A stretch of 64,000 bases of DNA from Selaginella moellendorffii. Lineage: Eukaryota; Plantae; Lycopodiophyta. Where the stretch lies: positions 1,641,931 to 1,705,930 of the forward strand of contig NW_003314298.1 in NCBI RefSeq assembly GCF_000143415.4, given 5' to 3'. The position numbers were made by a program, and so were the translations under genes. Of the stretch, positions 40,791-54,200 are shown piece after piece. Positions within the stretch are counted from its first letter, which is position 1. Each line of letters begins with the position of its first letter. The notes under the pieces were generated by a model that worked only from the letters and a program-made list of their open reading frames with translations, did not search any database and had not been told where the DNA came from.

Positions 40791-41128
40791 CAGCTCTGTT
40801 CAAACGGTTAAATGGTTCGCCAGGGGTAATTTCTGCAGAAAAATCATAGTGACGTTTCTCCACAAATGCTTCTACTTGTACTTAAATGTCATTTCGAACT
40901 TCTTGCTTTCCACCCCGGTGTCGTCATGAGTAGCCCTATCAACTTTGTACCAGCGTCAATGACTAACACCAACAAGTGACCCGTTTGTGTACCGATAAGC
41001 TGAATGTACCATAATCCATGAGATATCCACCTATCCTTGAAGAGCTAAACAAATTAAAATGAATTAAAACGACATAAAAACATGTTCAGGAAATGGTGGA
41101 TCAAGGTACTCACATCTGAAGAAACTGT
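40791..41128 (-). pseudogene. Deletion-compressed relic of the neighbouring XRN gene (source ~29705-30620)
   Basis: Colinear blocks CTGTTCAAACGGTT.AAATGGTTCGCCAGG, CTGCAGAA.AAATC.TAGTGAC, ACCGATAA, GAGATATCCACC, CAGGAAATGGTGGATCA, GGTACTCAC, CTGAAGAAACTGTA. Confidence 0.75.
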
Positions 41129-41257
41129 ATGCATTAGTTTCGAGTAAGCCATGGGAGTTACTATATTTACATTAAATATTTACGGTATATATTATAAATA
41201 TTTGTATGTATATTTATATATTTACAATATGAAGATGACCGATCTGTTCTGCTTGGA

Positions 41258-42705
41258 AGAACAACCATGAAAACATACAAAGAAGAAGTTCTCGACTTAC
41301 ATGCCAGAGGATTGGAGGGCGATAGGAGCTGGCGGAGGCCGAGGAGTTTCCTCCGGCATCACGAACAGCTCCGGCGGGAAGTGGTCGGGATCCAGCATCC
41401 CTCGCTCGGGCACGTAATTTCTTCCCACGCGGAAATCAGACCGAAGTCTATGAACTTGAGCTCCGCCTTGTTGGTCACCACCAGATTCGCCGGCCTGACG
41501 TCGCGGTGGACGATCCCAGTCGCGTGCATTTTCTTGAGCGTGGCAAGGATCTCTCGCAGTATTCTCCTGATCGTCAACGCCTTGCGTTTGAGTGGATCTT
41601 TCTCCCTCGAGCGACCGAGCAAAGGCTCTGCTAGATTCTTTGGAAACCTCCTGTCCTTCATGAAGTCCGCGAGAGTTGAATCTCCCTAGAAAAGATCAAC
41701 TCTCCTCAGAAAGAACAACAAAAAGAAAAAGAGAGAAAAAACACGAAGCTCACCTCGTACTTCCAGACGAGCCATTTACCACCCTCGACAAATCGTCCTC
41801 GAGTAGAATCGGCCACAAAGCTCCTCCGCGCACACGTCCAGGGCAGCGCGAGCCATGCGATAGTTAAACCATTCCTCCATCTCTCCGCTCTCCGCTCTCG
41901 AGCGCTTCCTCGACGTCCATCTTCACCTGGCAAACTATGAGAAAAGCTTGTAACCAAAGCTCCAAGAGAAGAGAAACGCTCACCTTCTTGAGTGTGACTT
42001 TCTGGAACCCCTGGTACTCCTCGAGCCGCCGCGAGCGCTTTCCAATCCCTTGCTCTTGCTGGAAATCCTTGGGAAGAATTGCTCCAGCGTAAACTGTGCC
42101 AAACGATCCCTCTCCCAGCTTCTGACCCACGACGAAATCGCTTCTCTTGAGACCGCGCCCCAGAGCTCGATCCATGGACTGGAACTAGGAAGTACGCATC
42201 CACTGCACCAAGAAAAACTCCCGGCTTGGCAGTGAGGTAAATCCATTCCATCACAGCAGCGATCCCCCCAAAACCCCCACCTGCGAGCTATCGGAGAGCC
42301 TGGAAAACGAATCCAAGGGCTCAAGTCCTTTGTGGCATCGTCCTCCCGCACCACATTCTTGATCGCATCTGTTGATACCTCCGCGATTCCAATGCTGCAA
42401 ATCGCCACATTCCTGCGCGACGATCGCCCCAGGCCAAAGGATTCAGCGCCTTGAATCCAAACCCTAGGTTCCTGCCGCCAAGAAAGACGCTCCTGGAGCC
42501 AATGCTCGTGGAGACGAGCGCCGAGGAGCTGAAATTCCTGTCCGCCATCGTTGAGATCTTTCACATACCTGGGGGTGTCCTTGCGCGAGAGATCCGCAGC
42601 TAAGATAAGATTTGTTGTGGGCTCGAAGCGCTCTAAATGATTCTCCAATCCAATGTTTGGTTCTCACTTCATTAGGGTTCTTGGAGCCCTAGGATTTGAA
42701 AAGGC
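41258..42705 (-). pseudogene. STN8 duplicate, 3'-truncated with frameshifts, includes the promoter (source ~32975-34487)
   Basis: Close nucleotide match including introns. Small indels shift the frame, HRDVKPAN is HRDVRPAN, and the last exon is absent. Confidence 0.93.
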
Positions 42706-42869
42706 AGTTACATAGATTAACGAGTACTTGCTTAACAAATGCTGGGTGGTTTACAAAGAAGTTCAATATAAAACTTCTTTATAGACAATGTTAATTGTAA
42801 AAACAGAAGGATCTTGAGGAAGGAGGTGGCTTTAGCGTGTGGTGTTTTGAACTTTAATTCTAAATCCAT

Positions 42870-43765
42870 GTGGTGATGTGCATCTTGATAAAGCCACATA
42901 AAGTTGTTCATGAGTGAAAACTGGGTGGGGCAAATAAACTCCAACTTGGTCAAATGTTTGTCCTTGGCATTTAGAGATTGTTAAGCAGTAACCCAAACGA
43001 ATTGGAAATTGTCATTTGAACATTTTGAATGGAATTTCTATATTTGATGGTTTTAGTGTGATACGTGGGATAAAAACTCTTGTTCCTTTAAATTGCCCCA
43101 TAACAATTTCACAATCTAAAACATTTAGTAGTGCATTTTTCAGGATGAGACGTGTGCCATTGCATAATCCTGCTGATGGAGACATATTTCTTAAGAGCAT
43201 AAGAATAGCACCTTGTTTGAGAGAGATGGGAGACTAGAAGGTGTGATAGAATTTAGGAATTCTGTTGGAAAATTTTCAAGATGTTCAGTGTCAACAAAAT
43301 TAATGCTTTTGTAGATGTATGTATCACCTTGTAATCTAGAGACAATAGTGTTGTTGACTGCAAATGTATCATTGTTAAGTGGGGTAAGTATGACTCGATT
43401 GGCTACAATATAAGGGTTTGAAATATCAAGTACTGAAGGGTAGACAAAATCAATAATTGATGAATAAATTAGTTGTGTATGAAGTAATAAAATGGAGTTA
43501 GAAGGTAAAGATGGTAAATTTTCAAAATTTTCATCATTTCCAACTTTGAGAAGCCATTCAAACCATGATTTATCACTTTTAGTAAGCCGCATATTTGTTT
43601 TCAAAGATAACTTTCTAAATAATCTCCATAATTTATTCATTCTTACAGAACTTGAAACAATTTATGCTCTATGTCCATGTGGAATAACTAGAAGTGTTTG
43701 TTTAAAGTCCCCATTAGTGACAACAATTATGCCACCAAAAGGTAATGATGTATTTTTTAAGTCTC
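42870..43765 (-). pseudogene. Helitron Pif1-like helicase, C-terminal part
   Basis: PFGGIIVVTNGDFKQTL, LKTNMR, ILTPLN, MLLRN..GLCNGTRL, RVFIPRI, with frameshifts and stops. Confidence 0.88.
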
Positions 43766-46700
43766 TGTAGCGCACGTGGTTTTGACCCTTTTTCCTATGG
43801 TGATTTACCATAGGATAACACCACGAAGCGGAACCTAAACCCTCTTTGTGCCACGTGACAGATGCCACGTGTCACATACCACGTGTCCATGCCACGTGTC
43901 CTTAGGAACCCGAGGTTCAGGGCCTTGGGCCACTGAACGAAGGAACGGTGCCAAACTCCCAAGCGTGACGCCAAGGAGTGATGAAACTGGACCACGGAGC
44001 AACTCCCGAGCATATAGCCCAAGGAGCGAAGGGACAGGGGCCCGGAGCAACTTGGAACAGTCCTAGAGCAACCAGCATCCCAATGCCAGGACCAGCACGC
44101 AAAACGGAGCCAAACGGAGTCTGGCGCTATTTCGGCATACCGGTGGCCTAACGTGAGAATATGGGTACTCCACCAGCAAGCATGGAATGGAACTTGGGCT
44201 TAGACCCAAGCCGGACGCAGAACAAGGACAGGCACGCAAGCGGGAGCTAGACTATGCCTCAGGTTGGTCGGCCATGCCCGACCTACCCACTATCCCTACT
44301 ATACATTTGGAACCCCCCATAGCCCCCCCCCCCTTGAGGAACACACGCTTTGGGCTTTCACCCCAAGCCTCCCTTAGTATCAGGAGTTAGTCTCTGGGAC
44401 AAACTCGAAACTTACTAAATATGGAATGTCCTTAGATTGCGAATTTGGACACGGGACGAACACCATTGTGTTCAGGCCGATCTCTACATTCCGTAGATAT
44501 GCCAAATGAGCAAATCTAGACACTTTCCATAAATAGCATTTGGGACCGAAATGAGACTAACACAAAGGGCATGATAGCGAGGGTGTTTGGCAGACACGGT
44601 AAGCTATCATGTAGCGATATTGAGGGACCAATCTCAATACGCGAGGGTTCTTGTCACTAGCCAGTGCAAGACATGACGAGACGGGAACTCCTTACCGGGC
44701 TAAGTATGCTTAGCTAATAACACGTAGGAATTCCGTCCTTATGCTCGTCCGGTCTAAGTACACTCGAAATGCCCAGTTAACTCCACTAGCACAAGAGGGA
44801 CTGATAAAGGGTCCAGCAATACCGACCTCCTGCCATCGTGGCAGTAAGGTAAGAGTGTCCGTAAGGACTGGTCGACAGGTAACTTTCGATACCCAAAGTC
44901 ACATGCGCGACACTCTCCCCCCCTTGGGAAGATCGACGTCCTCGTCGATGCACACTCGAGTCTAGAATACCGCCAAGGAAACAACTCCAGAAAAAGTTCA
45001 CGGTACTCACACTATGTGAGAAATGCACCAACTTAAATGAGTTAAGGGGGCAACCTCTTTGTCTAACGCAGATGCGCTACCAGCTCAGACACCTTCCGGC
45101 CGTCGCCGACAAGGAAATGACCAACGGAGTCAGCCACCCCTGCTGCTCTGGGAGTCACCCAGCTTACAAAAGTGTGATATGCCCTGCCCGCAGGAACATA
45201 GAGAGAGAAGCCAGAGGCCCCTACCCTCCTAAGCAAAGAAACCAAACCCGTCGGTAAGGTTTAGATAGACTACTGTAAACAGGCAGTTAGAGTTGTTTAC
45301 ACGGTCACGCCCTTTCAACGGAATAAGGAACATCGACAAAGAGGCGGGTTATGTGACCAGTCGACAGTAGCTACCCCATGACTAGAGATTTCACCATGCA
45401 CACGAAGTGCCGAAGCCAGTCTGCCTATACTGGCCCAAACGCAAAGATCAATGGATGGACAATATCAAAGTCAGAGACAATGATATCTGAGAAGCTTAAT
45501 TACTAGTGATTATATCTTAGAGTAGAACACAAAAGTATTCCAAGTAAGTTATCATCCGATAAACTAGTATTATAGGATAAGAACCACCAAGATCATCATA
45601 ATTTGGCAAACATAGGAATCACCATCCAACAAAATTCAATAGCAAGTAGATCATCAAGGAAACTCAATGATAAAGTTTAACTATTAAAGATTGCAGACAG
45701 AATGCTAAACAACTTACGAAAGATAACTCAAAGAACACAAAGTATCATTGACTGACAAGCAAAATGCTCGCGAATGTATCACCCAAAGGAAATAACATCC
45801 AAATCTATCAAAACTAACTCAAGCAATAATCAACAGAACAAAATGAATGTTGCAAAGCAAGCAAATATAGTGTTCATGCCAATCATCGCACTAGCCAATC
45901 CAGATAGATCCCAGCCAATAACACTAAGGAACTCAAGTTGCCTAAGCAAGTGTCAGCAACATCCTACTGATGTCTCAAACCCAAGAGACCAATCCAGAGC
46001 AAACCACAAAGAACATGTGGTATTGCGAAAAGCCAAAAGCCATCAAAGAGAACAACCAACTATCATGAAAGATCGTCAATTAGCCCATCAATGTAGTGAT
46101 GTATAATCATCGTTGAAGAAAGAATCTACCATCCCGAAGAATAGCAAATAATTCCAAACCAACAATAATCAAGCAAAACTTGTGATAAGGACAATCAACT
46201 ACCCTAGATGAGAGTCAATCATCACCAATGATTGCTAGATGCAAAACCAACTTCAACATCGAAGCTAAAGAGCCAAAAATGCCTTCCCCGAATAACTCCG
46301 GACAAATGGAACAATGAGTATAAAACTCAAGGAACCGAAAGTTCAAAGAAGTCTATAACCAAGTCTTGTCTAACAATGATCACGAGTCACATAGAAGCTA
46401 ATTTCAATGCTAAAGAAGAAATCATGGTGCAACCCACAATATCTTCCTCAACACATCCATAAGCTAAACTTTATAATGCGAAAGCTAATGAAGAGCATGT
46501 CTGCATCAATCCAAAAGCCAAGCATAACGAAGTTATGCTTAACAAGTGATCATTAAACGATCCTCCATGAATCCATCTGTAGCAAGACGTAGCTCATATC
46601 GTAACAAGCACAAGGGGAATCATCAATGATCAATATATTCCAATTCAAACCCAATAAGGATTCAAACTTTCCAATATTGATCACTAACTCTTTCGCTTGT

Positions 46701-49700
46701 AGAGTTAGCATAGTCCACGACTAAATTACTTTTTTAAGGAAAAGCTAAAGCTCAACCTCTACTAAATAATCTCGTCTAGTACACAACTAACTCAAACTTG
46801 CCACTCAGCTTTGTTTGAACGTCAATGCAGTTGCTAACTAGCAATTGCACGAATGCCAACAACACAAAGCTACAGCCAATCATCAACACTATCTTCATCA
46901 AGACTAATGAAACTCAATATCAATCCTAAGGATAGACATCGCATCTCACTTGAATCTCAACATTAATAATATCAATGACAAGGCATCACTTCAATGCCAT
47001 CAACATCAGGACAAAGCTAGAAGAAAGCAAGAGTGAATCACCACTCGGAGCTTTCCAGCAACCAAGCTAACCAAAGTCGAAGATACTATACTTAGTATCC
47101 GAGACCAATCCTTCAGCAAAACTCAGTTACAAATAACACATCATCAAGGAGTGACTCACCACGTCCAAGACTCAATGAAATCCAACACTACAGACTAAAC
47201 GCAACCAAATGATATCGACAGAAGTAGAGTCGACATGCCAACATGGAAAACCCATGTAAGCCTAACGACACGATCCTCCGCAACACCATCCGGTAAAGCA
47301 AGCCCATCACTGCTGAATCATTATCAAGTGCAGCAAGTGTCACAGTCTTTGACAAAATCTACAAGCAATCACTAGTTGCAAAGCAACCAACAATCACTCT
47401 TCAACTTGTCTTCACAAGACCCAAACACCAAACTCATGCCATCGAGTCACATACTTGTCCAACATGAACATAATACCCCAGGTACGAGATAAAAGTTCAT
47501 AGACAAGCACAAACTAAATGACCACTCGAATCCAACTCAACCGCAATAAGCTCACTAATGCATTTAGTCAATAGCTCTGAACATGCCTTAAAGAGGCTAG
47601 CCATGCATGATCAACACTCAGTTGAAACTAAAGTGAAGACCATAAGATGGATCTATATTGGTACACAACCTCCTCATAGACAAAGCTATAGTACGGGTAC
47701 CAACATCTCAACCTCAAACAACTAAGTTGGACATCACCATCCTCAGCCAAGGCGCAGGGCCACCAAGACCAAGTCAAGATCAGTGAGAGCTCACTACTCT
47801 CATAGAGTCTAACGAAATGCAAAGTGCAACCTGCCACCAAGCATAACGCTACAAAAGAAAGGCACAAGGGTCACCTTTCTAGAAAAGTGCAACGGCCACT
47901 TTTCTACACTAACTCTAGACTCTATCCAACTTAATTGCCTTAGCCTCAAAAGTTAGCATCCCTTTCGGGCTGCATCATACAAACTACCTACTAAGATTTA
48001 AGCCAACCGAAGTCAACTCCAACCCCTTCACTAGTTTGTACTGGCTTTCGAAAATGGAATGGTTTTCGGACAAAATGATCAATAAATCAGCCATTGGAAA
48101 AGTCTAAGAAAATTTGTGGAAAATTTCCATCCTAGAGAAAGAATGACTCTCAGTCCAGGATTGCAAACTTTCAAGACTCAACCAACTTCATCCTACAAAC
48201 AACTTCACATAGGTTCACCTTAACACAGATTCTTATGACCCAATAGCATGCTTAAGCATCGAACATCTTTGCCCATTTTCCGATATTCAACACCGACATC
48301 CGCAAAGTGCAAAATGAACATCCAAGGCTTGATCACGAAGACCACATCTTTGGATATCCACATTGCACTAACACTCTTCTTCAATCACCTTCAAGATCTA
48401 ATGTGAAGCCGAAACACTAACAAGAAAAATGACATGGAAAATCAAGCTCTAAGGAAAATTCCTCATCACTCGAATCAACAATGCCACTTCCACTAACACA
48501 AGTGCTAGCGATGTCAATGCATCAACCTCACACCTTCTCCATCCAATAATCTACTCCAAGTGCTAACGGATCAATAGATGAGCTATAGCAAATGAATGCT
48601 ACAACCCATTCCCAACACCTTATGGGCAAACCCTCAAGGAAACAAGGTACCAACTTAAGCTTAGCATAATGGACCACTATAGAGAATCCAGTCAAAGCTA
48701 CTACAATGCTATTTCGTGCAAGTAGACTAGCTTCTCCATCAACCACTTTGGGGTTGATCATCATTTACCCAAGCAACTTCGTAAACATATTGCTCATTAT
48801 CACATGGATATGATATAAATCGCAATGACTTGATCATCAATCAAGCAACACTATGAGCATCACCCATGTCACTACTACAAAGGTTTACGTAAGTATCAAG
48901 TGTCAACTCGATTCAATAAAATGCAACATAAATGCCACACTCCACCAATAGAGGTTTACGACACCCAACACCACTAACTTTTGTTCACAACACGGACAAA
49001 CTCATGCCACTCTCTTTCCGACCAAACTCAACACTAATCCAACACCAAGCTACTCAAGGAGCAATAGCAAGGTTCCCCGGAAAAGAATTGAGCATTGCAA
49101 CCCAAGTCTTCCAATAGCAAGCTTAGACAAAATGGTATAGCACTTCACCACTATCCATCCCACAACTCACTATTGTAAGACCACCATCTCCAACATGCAT
49201 CAAGATAGGGACTCTTGATTGCATGATGTGAATACAAGCAATGAGTTAACACCTCGTTGCGAATCATTTCTCCAAAAGAGAAGATGATTTACGTATTTGA
49301 TCCTTCGTCCCTGACGACTCTCTTTCCGGCCTCATCTTGACTAAACCTCAAGTTTGCTTTCGCACTACCTTCAGTTCAATCCAAGAAAAATTTATGAGAG
49401 AGCACGGCCATGATTACTTGAACCAATAGACTAATCCCTATAGTCTTGATTGATCCACTTATAATCATACCTAGGAAGGATCCACTAGTGCCGTGCTAAA
49501 CAGCTACGGACCAGCCTATTCGCCACTCATAGCAAACTCAGGTAGGTTTGCTTTCACCCATGGTACAAGGAACAACTTACGGAACCACCGATAGGCTAAC
49601 ATTAATCCTGCCAACTCAAAGTGTAACCTCGAGTTGCTAATGTGCCTCACTCACGAGCTCAAGCTCAAACTCGTGCAAACGGAACATCTCCAAACCATCC

Positions 49701-51042
49701 TATGAGCCCAAGCGCAAGCTCACATCATAAGGTACAACAAGGTAACAATATCCATACCCAAGGAACCAATTGCGAAGCCTTTGCACCCAAACGTGTACCC
49801 ACTCGGATCATCGTTTTCATCTCTGCGTATACAACAAGACTAGTTGCCCAATCTCATTGAATAGTACCCGCTGAGACTCATTCTCTGATACCAAATGTAG
49901 CGCACGTGGTTTTGACCCTTTTTCCTATGGTGATTTACCATAGGATAACACCACGAAGCGGAACCTAAACCCTCTTTGTGCCACGTGACAGATGCCACGT
50001 GTCACATACCACGTGTCCATGCCACGTGTCCTTAGGAACCCGAGGTTCAGGGCCTTGGGCCACTGAACGAAGGAACGGTGCCAAACTCCCAAGCGTGACG
50101 CCAAGGAGTGATGAAACCGGACCACGGAGCAACTCCCGAGCATATAGCCCAAGGAGCGAAGGGACAGGGGCCCGGAGCAACTTGGAACAGTCCTAGAGCA
50201 ACCAGCATCCCAATGCCAGGACCAGCACGCAAAACGGAGCCAAACGGAGTCTGGCGCTATTTTGGCATACCGGTGGCCTAACGTGAGAATATGGGTACTC
50301 CACCAGCAAGCATGGAATGGAACTTGGGCTTAGACCCAAGCCGGACGTAGAACAAGGACAGGCACGCAAGCGGGAGCTAGACTATGCCTCAGGTTGGTCG
50401 GCCATGCCCGACCTACCCACTATCCCTACTATACATTTGGAACCCCCCATAGCCCCCCCCCCCTTGAGGAACACACGCTTTGGGCTTTCACCCCAAGCCT
50501 CCCTTAGTATCAGGAGTTAGTCTCTGGGACAAACTCGAAACTTACTAAATATGGAATGTCCTTAGATTGCGAATTTGGACACGGGACGAACACCATTGTG
50601 TTCAGGCCGATCTCTACATTCCGTAGATATGCCAAATGAGCAAATCTGGACACTTTCCATAAATAGCATTTGGGACCGAAATGAGACTAACACAAAGGGC
50701 ATGATAGCGAGGGTGTTTGGCAGACACGGTAAGCTATCATGTAGCGATATTGAGGGACCAATCTCAATACGCGAGGGTTCTTGTCACTAGCCAGTGCAAG
50801 ACATGACGAGACGGGAACTCCTTACCGGGCTAAGTATGCTTAGCTAATAACACGTAGGAATTCCGTCCTTATGCTCGTCCGGTCTAAGTACACTCGAAAT
50901 GCCCAGTTAACTCCACTAGCACAAGAGGGACTGATAAAGGGTCCAGCAATACCGACCTCCTGCCATCGTGGCAATAAGGTAAGAGTGTCCGTAAGGACTG
51001 GTCGACAGGTAACTTTCGATACCCGAAGTCACATGCGCGACA
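43766..51042 (-). mobile_element. Non-autonomous LTR retroelement A (7277 bp; LTRs 43766-44912 and 49896-51042)
   Basis: Two 1147-bp TG..CA LTRs; tRNA-iMet PBS (revcomp TGGTATCAGAG) 49883-49893; PPT 44913-44925; TSD GTCTC on the left and GTC.. on the right (cut by gap); no gag/pol ORF. Confidence 0.93.
43848..43900. promoter_or_regulatory. Cluster of four G-box/ABRE motifs in the LTR (also 49978-50030, 52244-52292, 58399-58449)
   Basis: GCCACGTGAC, GCCACGTGTC, ACCACGTGTC, GCCACGTGTC within 53 bp; one motif is mutated in the 52244 copy. Confidence 0.6.
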
Positions 51043-51045
51043 GTC

Positions 51046-51145
51046 NNNNNNNNNNNNNNNNNNNNNNNNNNNNNNNNNNNNNNNNNNNNNNNNNNNNNNN
51101 NNNNNNNNNNNNNNNNNNNNNNNNNNNNNNNNNNNNNNNNNNNNN
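51046..51145. other. Assembly gap (100 N)
   Basis: Run of n. Confidence 0.99.
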
Positions 51146-51234
51146 TGCATGAGTGTGAACCATATTTATTTCATCCCATAACAATATGTTAGTAGTTTTG
51201 ATTCTTATACCTGCTTCACTATTAGCAGTTATAG

Positions 51235-54200
51235 TGTCGCGCATATGACTTCGGGTATCGAAAGTTACCTGTCGACCAGTCCTTACGGACACTCTTACCT
51301 TACTGCCACGATAGCAGGAGGTCGGTATTGCTACACCCTTTATCAGCCCCTCTTGTTCAAGTGTTAGTAAACTAGACTTTGCATCTGTACTTGGGCGGAT
51401 GAGCATAAGGACAGAATTCCTAAGTGTCTATTCAGCCAAGCATACCTGGCCTGGCTTTTTAGTTCTCTTTTGCTCTGTCTTGCACTGGCTTGACAAGAAC
51501 CCTCGTGTATTGAGATTGGTCCCTCAATATCGCCGGATGATAGCTTACTGTGTTTGCCAAACACCCTCACTATCATGCCCTTTGTGTTAGTCTCATTTCA
51601 GTCCCAACTATTTATGGAAAGTTTCCAGATTTGCTCATTTGGCATATCTACGGAATGTAGAGATCGTCCTGAACACAATGGTGTTCGTCCCGTGTCCAAA
51701 TTCGCAATCTAAGGACATTCCATATTTAGTAAGTTTCGAGCTTGTCCCAGAGACTAACTCCTGACACTAAGGGTGGCTTGGGGTGAAAGCCCAAAGCGTG
51801 TGTTCCTCAAGGGGGGGGGGGGCTGTGGGGGGTTCCAAATGTATAGTAGGGATAGTGGGTAGGTCGGGCATGGCTGACCAACCTGAGGCATAGTCTAGCT
51901 CCCGCTTGCATGCCTGTCTTTGTTCTGCGTCCGGCTTGGGTCTAAGCCCAAGTTCCATTCCATGCTAGTTGGTGGAGTACCCATGTCCTCGCGTTAGGCC
52001 ACCGGTATGCTGAAATAGCGCCAGACTCCGTTTGGCTCCATTTTGCGTGCTAGTCCTAGCATTGGGATGCTGGTTACTCTAGGACTGTTATAAGTCGCTC
52101 CGGGCCTGTCCCTTCGCTCCTTGGGCTTTATGCTCGGGAGTTGCTCCGTGGTTCGGTTCCGTCACTCCTTGGCTCCATGTTTGGGAGTTTGGCACCGTTC
52201 CTTTGTTCAGTGGCCCAAGGCTTTGAACCTCGGGTTCCTATAGACACGTGGCATGGACATGTGGCATGTGACACGTGGCATCTGTCACGTGGCACAAAGA
52301 GGGTTTAGGTTCCGCTTCGTGGTGTTATCCTATGGTAAATCACCATAGGATAAAGGGTCAAAACCACGTGCGCTACATTTGGTATCAGAGGATGAGTCTC
52401 AGCGAGTACTATACAATGAGATTGGGCAACTAGTCTCGTTGCATACGCAGAGATAAAAACGATGATCCGAGTGGGTACACGTTTGGTGCAAAGGGTTCGC
52501 AATCGTTCCTTGGGTATGGTTTTTGTTACCTTTTTGTACCTAATAATGTGAGCTTGCTCTTGGGCTCATAGGATGGATTTGAGATGCTCCGTTAGCACGA
52601 GTTTACGCTTGGGCTCGTGTGTGAGGCACATTAGCAACTCGAGGTTACACTTTGAGTTGGTGGGATTAATATTATCCTATCGATGGTTCCATGAGTTGTT
52701 CCAATGGTTCTATAAGTTGTTCTATGTACCGTGGGTAAAAGCAAACCTTCCCTGAGTTTGCTATGAGTGGCAAATAGGCTGGTCCGTAGCTGTTTAGCAC
52801 GGCACTAGTGGATCCTTCCTAGGCATGGTTACAAGTGAATCAGTCAAGACTGTAAGGATTAGTCTATTGGTTCAAGTAATCATTGCCGTACTCTCTCATA
52901 AACTTTTCTTGGATTGGATTGAAGGCAGTGCGAAAGCAAGCTTGAGGTGTAGTCAAAAGATAAGACCGAAAAGAGAGTCGTCGGGGACGAAGGATCAAAC
53001 ACGTAAATCATCTTCTCTTCTTGGAGAGATGATTTGCAACGAGGGGTGACTCATTGCTCGTGTTCACATCATGCAATCAAGAGTCCCTATCTTGATACAT
53101 GTTGGAGATGATGGTCTTACAAATGGTGAGTTATGGGATGGATAGCGGTGAAGCGCTAAACCATTTTGTCTAGGCTTACTATTGGAAGACTTAGGTTGCA
53201 ATGCTCAATTCTTTTCTGGGGAACCTTGCTATTGCTCCTTGAGTAGCTTGGTGTTGGATTAGTGTTGAGTTTGGTCGGAAAGAGAGTGGCATGAGCTTAT
53301 CTGTGTTGTGAACAAAAGTTAGTGGTGTTGGGTGTTGTAAATCTCTATCGGTAGAGTGTGGCATTTATGTTGCATTCTGTCAAGTTGAGTTGGCACTTGA
53401 TATTCATGTAAACCTTTGAAGTAATGACATTGGCATTGTTTGTGGTGTTGCTCAATTGATGATCAAGTCATTGTGATTTCTATATCATATCCATGTGATA
53501 ATGAGCAATGTGTTTACGAAGTTGCTGGTTAAATGATGATCAACCCCAAAGTGGTTGATGGTGAAGCTAGTCTACTTGCACGAAGTAGCATTGTAGTAGC
53601 TTTGACTGGATTCTCGATGGTGGTCCATTATGCTAAGCTTAAGTTGGTTCCTTGTTTCCTTGAGGGTTTGCCCATAAGGTGTTGGAAAGGGTTGTAGCAT
53701 TCATTTGCTATAGCTCATTAGTTGATCCGTTAGCACTTGGAGTAGATTGTTGGATAGAGAAGGTGTGAGGTTGAGGCATTGACATTACTAGCACTTGTGT
53801 TAGTGGAAGTGGCATTGTTACTTCAAGTTATGAGGAATTTTCCTTAGAGCTTGATTTTCCATGTCATTTTTCTTGTTAGTGTTTTAGCTTCACATTGGAT
53901 CTTGAAGGTGGTTGAAGAAGAGTGTTAGTGCAATGTGAATATCCGAAGATATGGTCTCCGTGATCAAGCCTTGGATGATCACTTTGCATTTTGGCGGATG
54001 TCGGTGTTGGATGTCGAAAGTATGGGCAAAAAGATGTTCGAGGCTTAAGCATACTATGGGTCATGAGAATTTGTGTTGAGGTGAACCTCTGTGAAATTGT
54101 TGGTAGGAGGAAATTGGTTGAGTTTTGAAAGTTTGCATTTCTAGACTGAGAGTTATTCTTTCTCTAGAATGGAAAGATTTTCCATAAATTTTCTTAGACT

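Noticed and set aside
43795-45257. Short ORFs repeated in all four LTRs (e.g. MELGLRPKPD..)
   Set aside because: Repetition is explained by LTR identity; mostly non-ATG starts and no family motifs.
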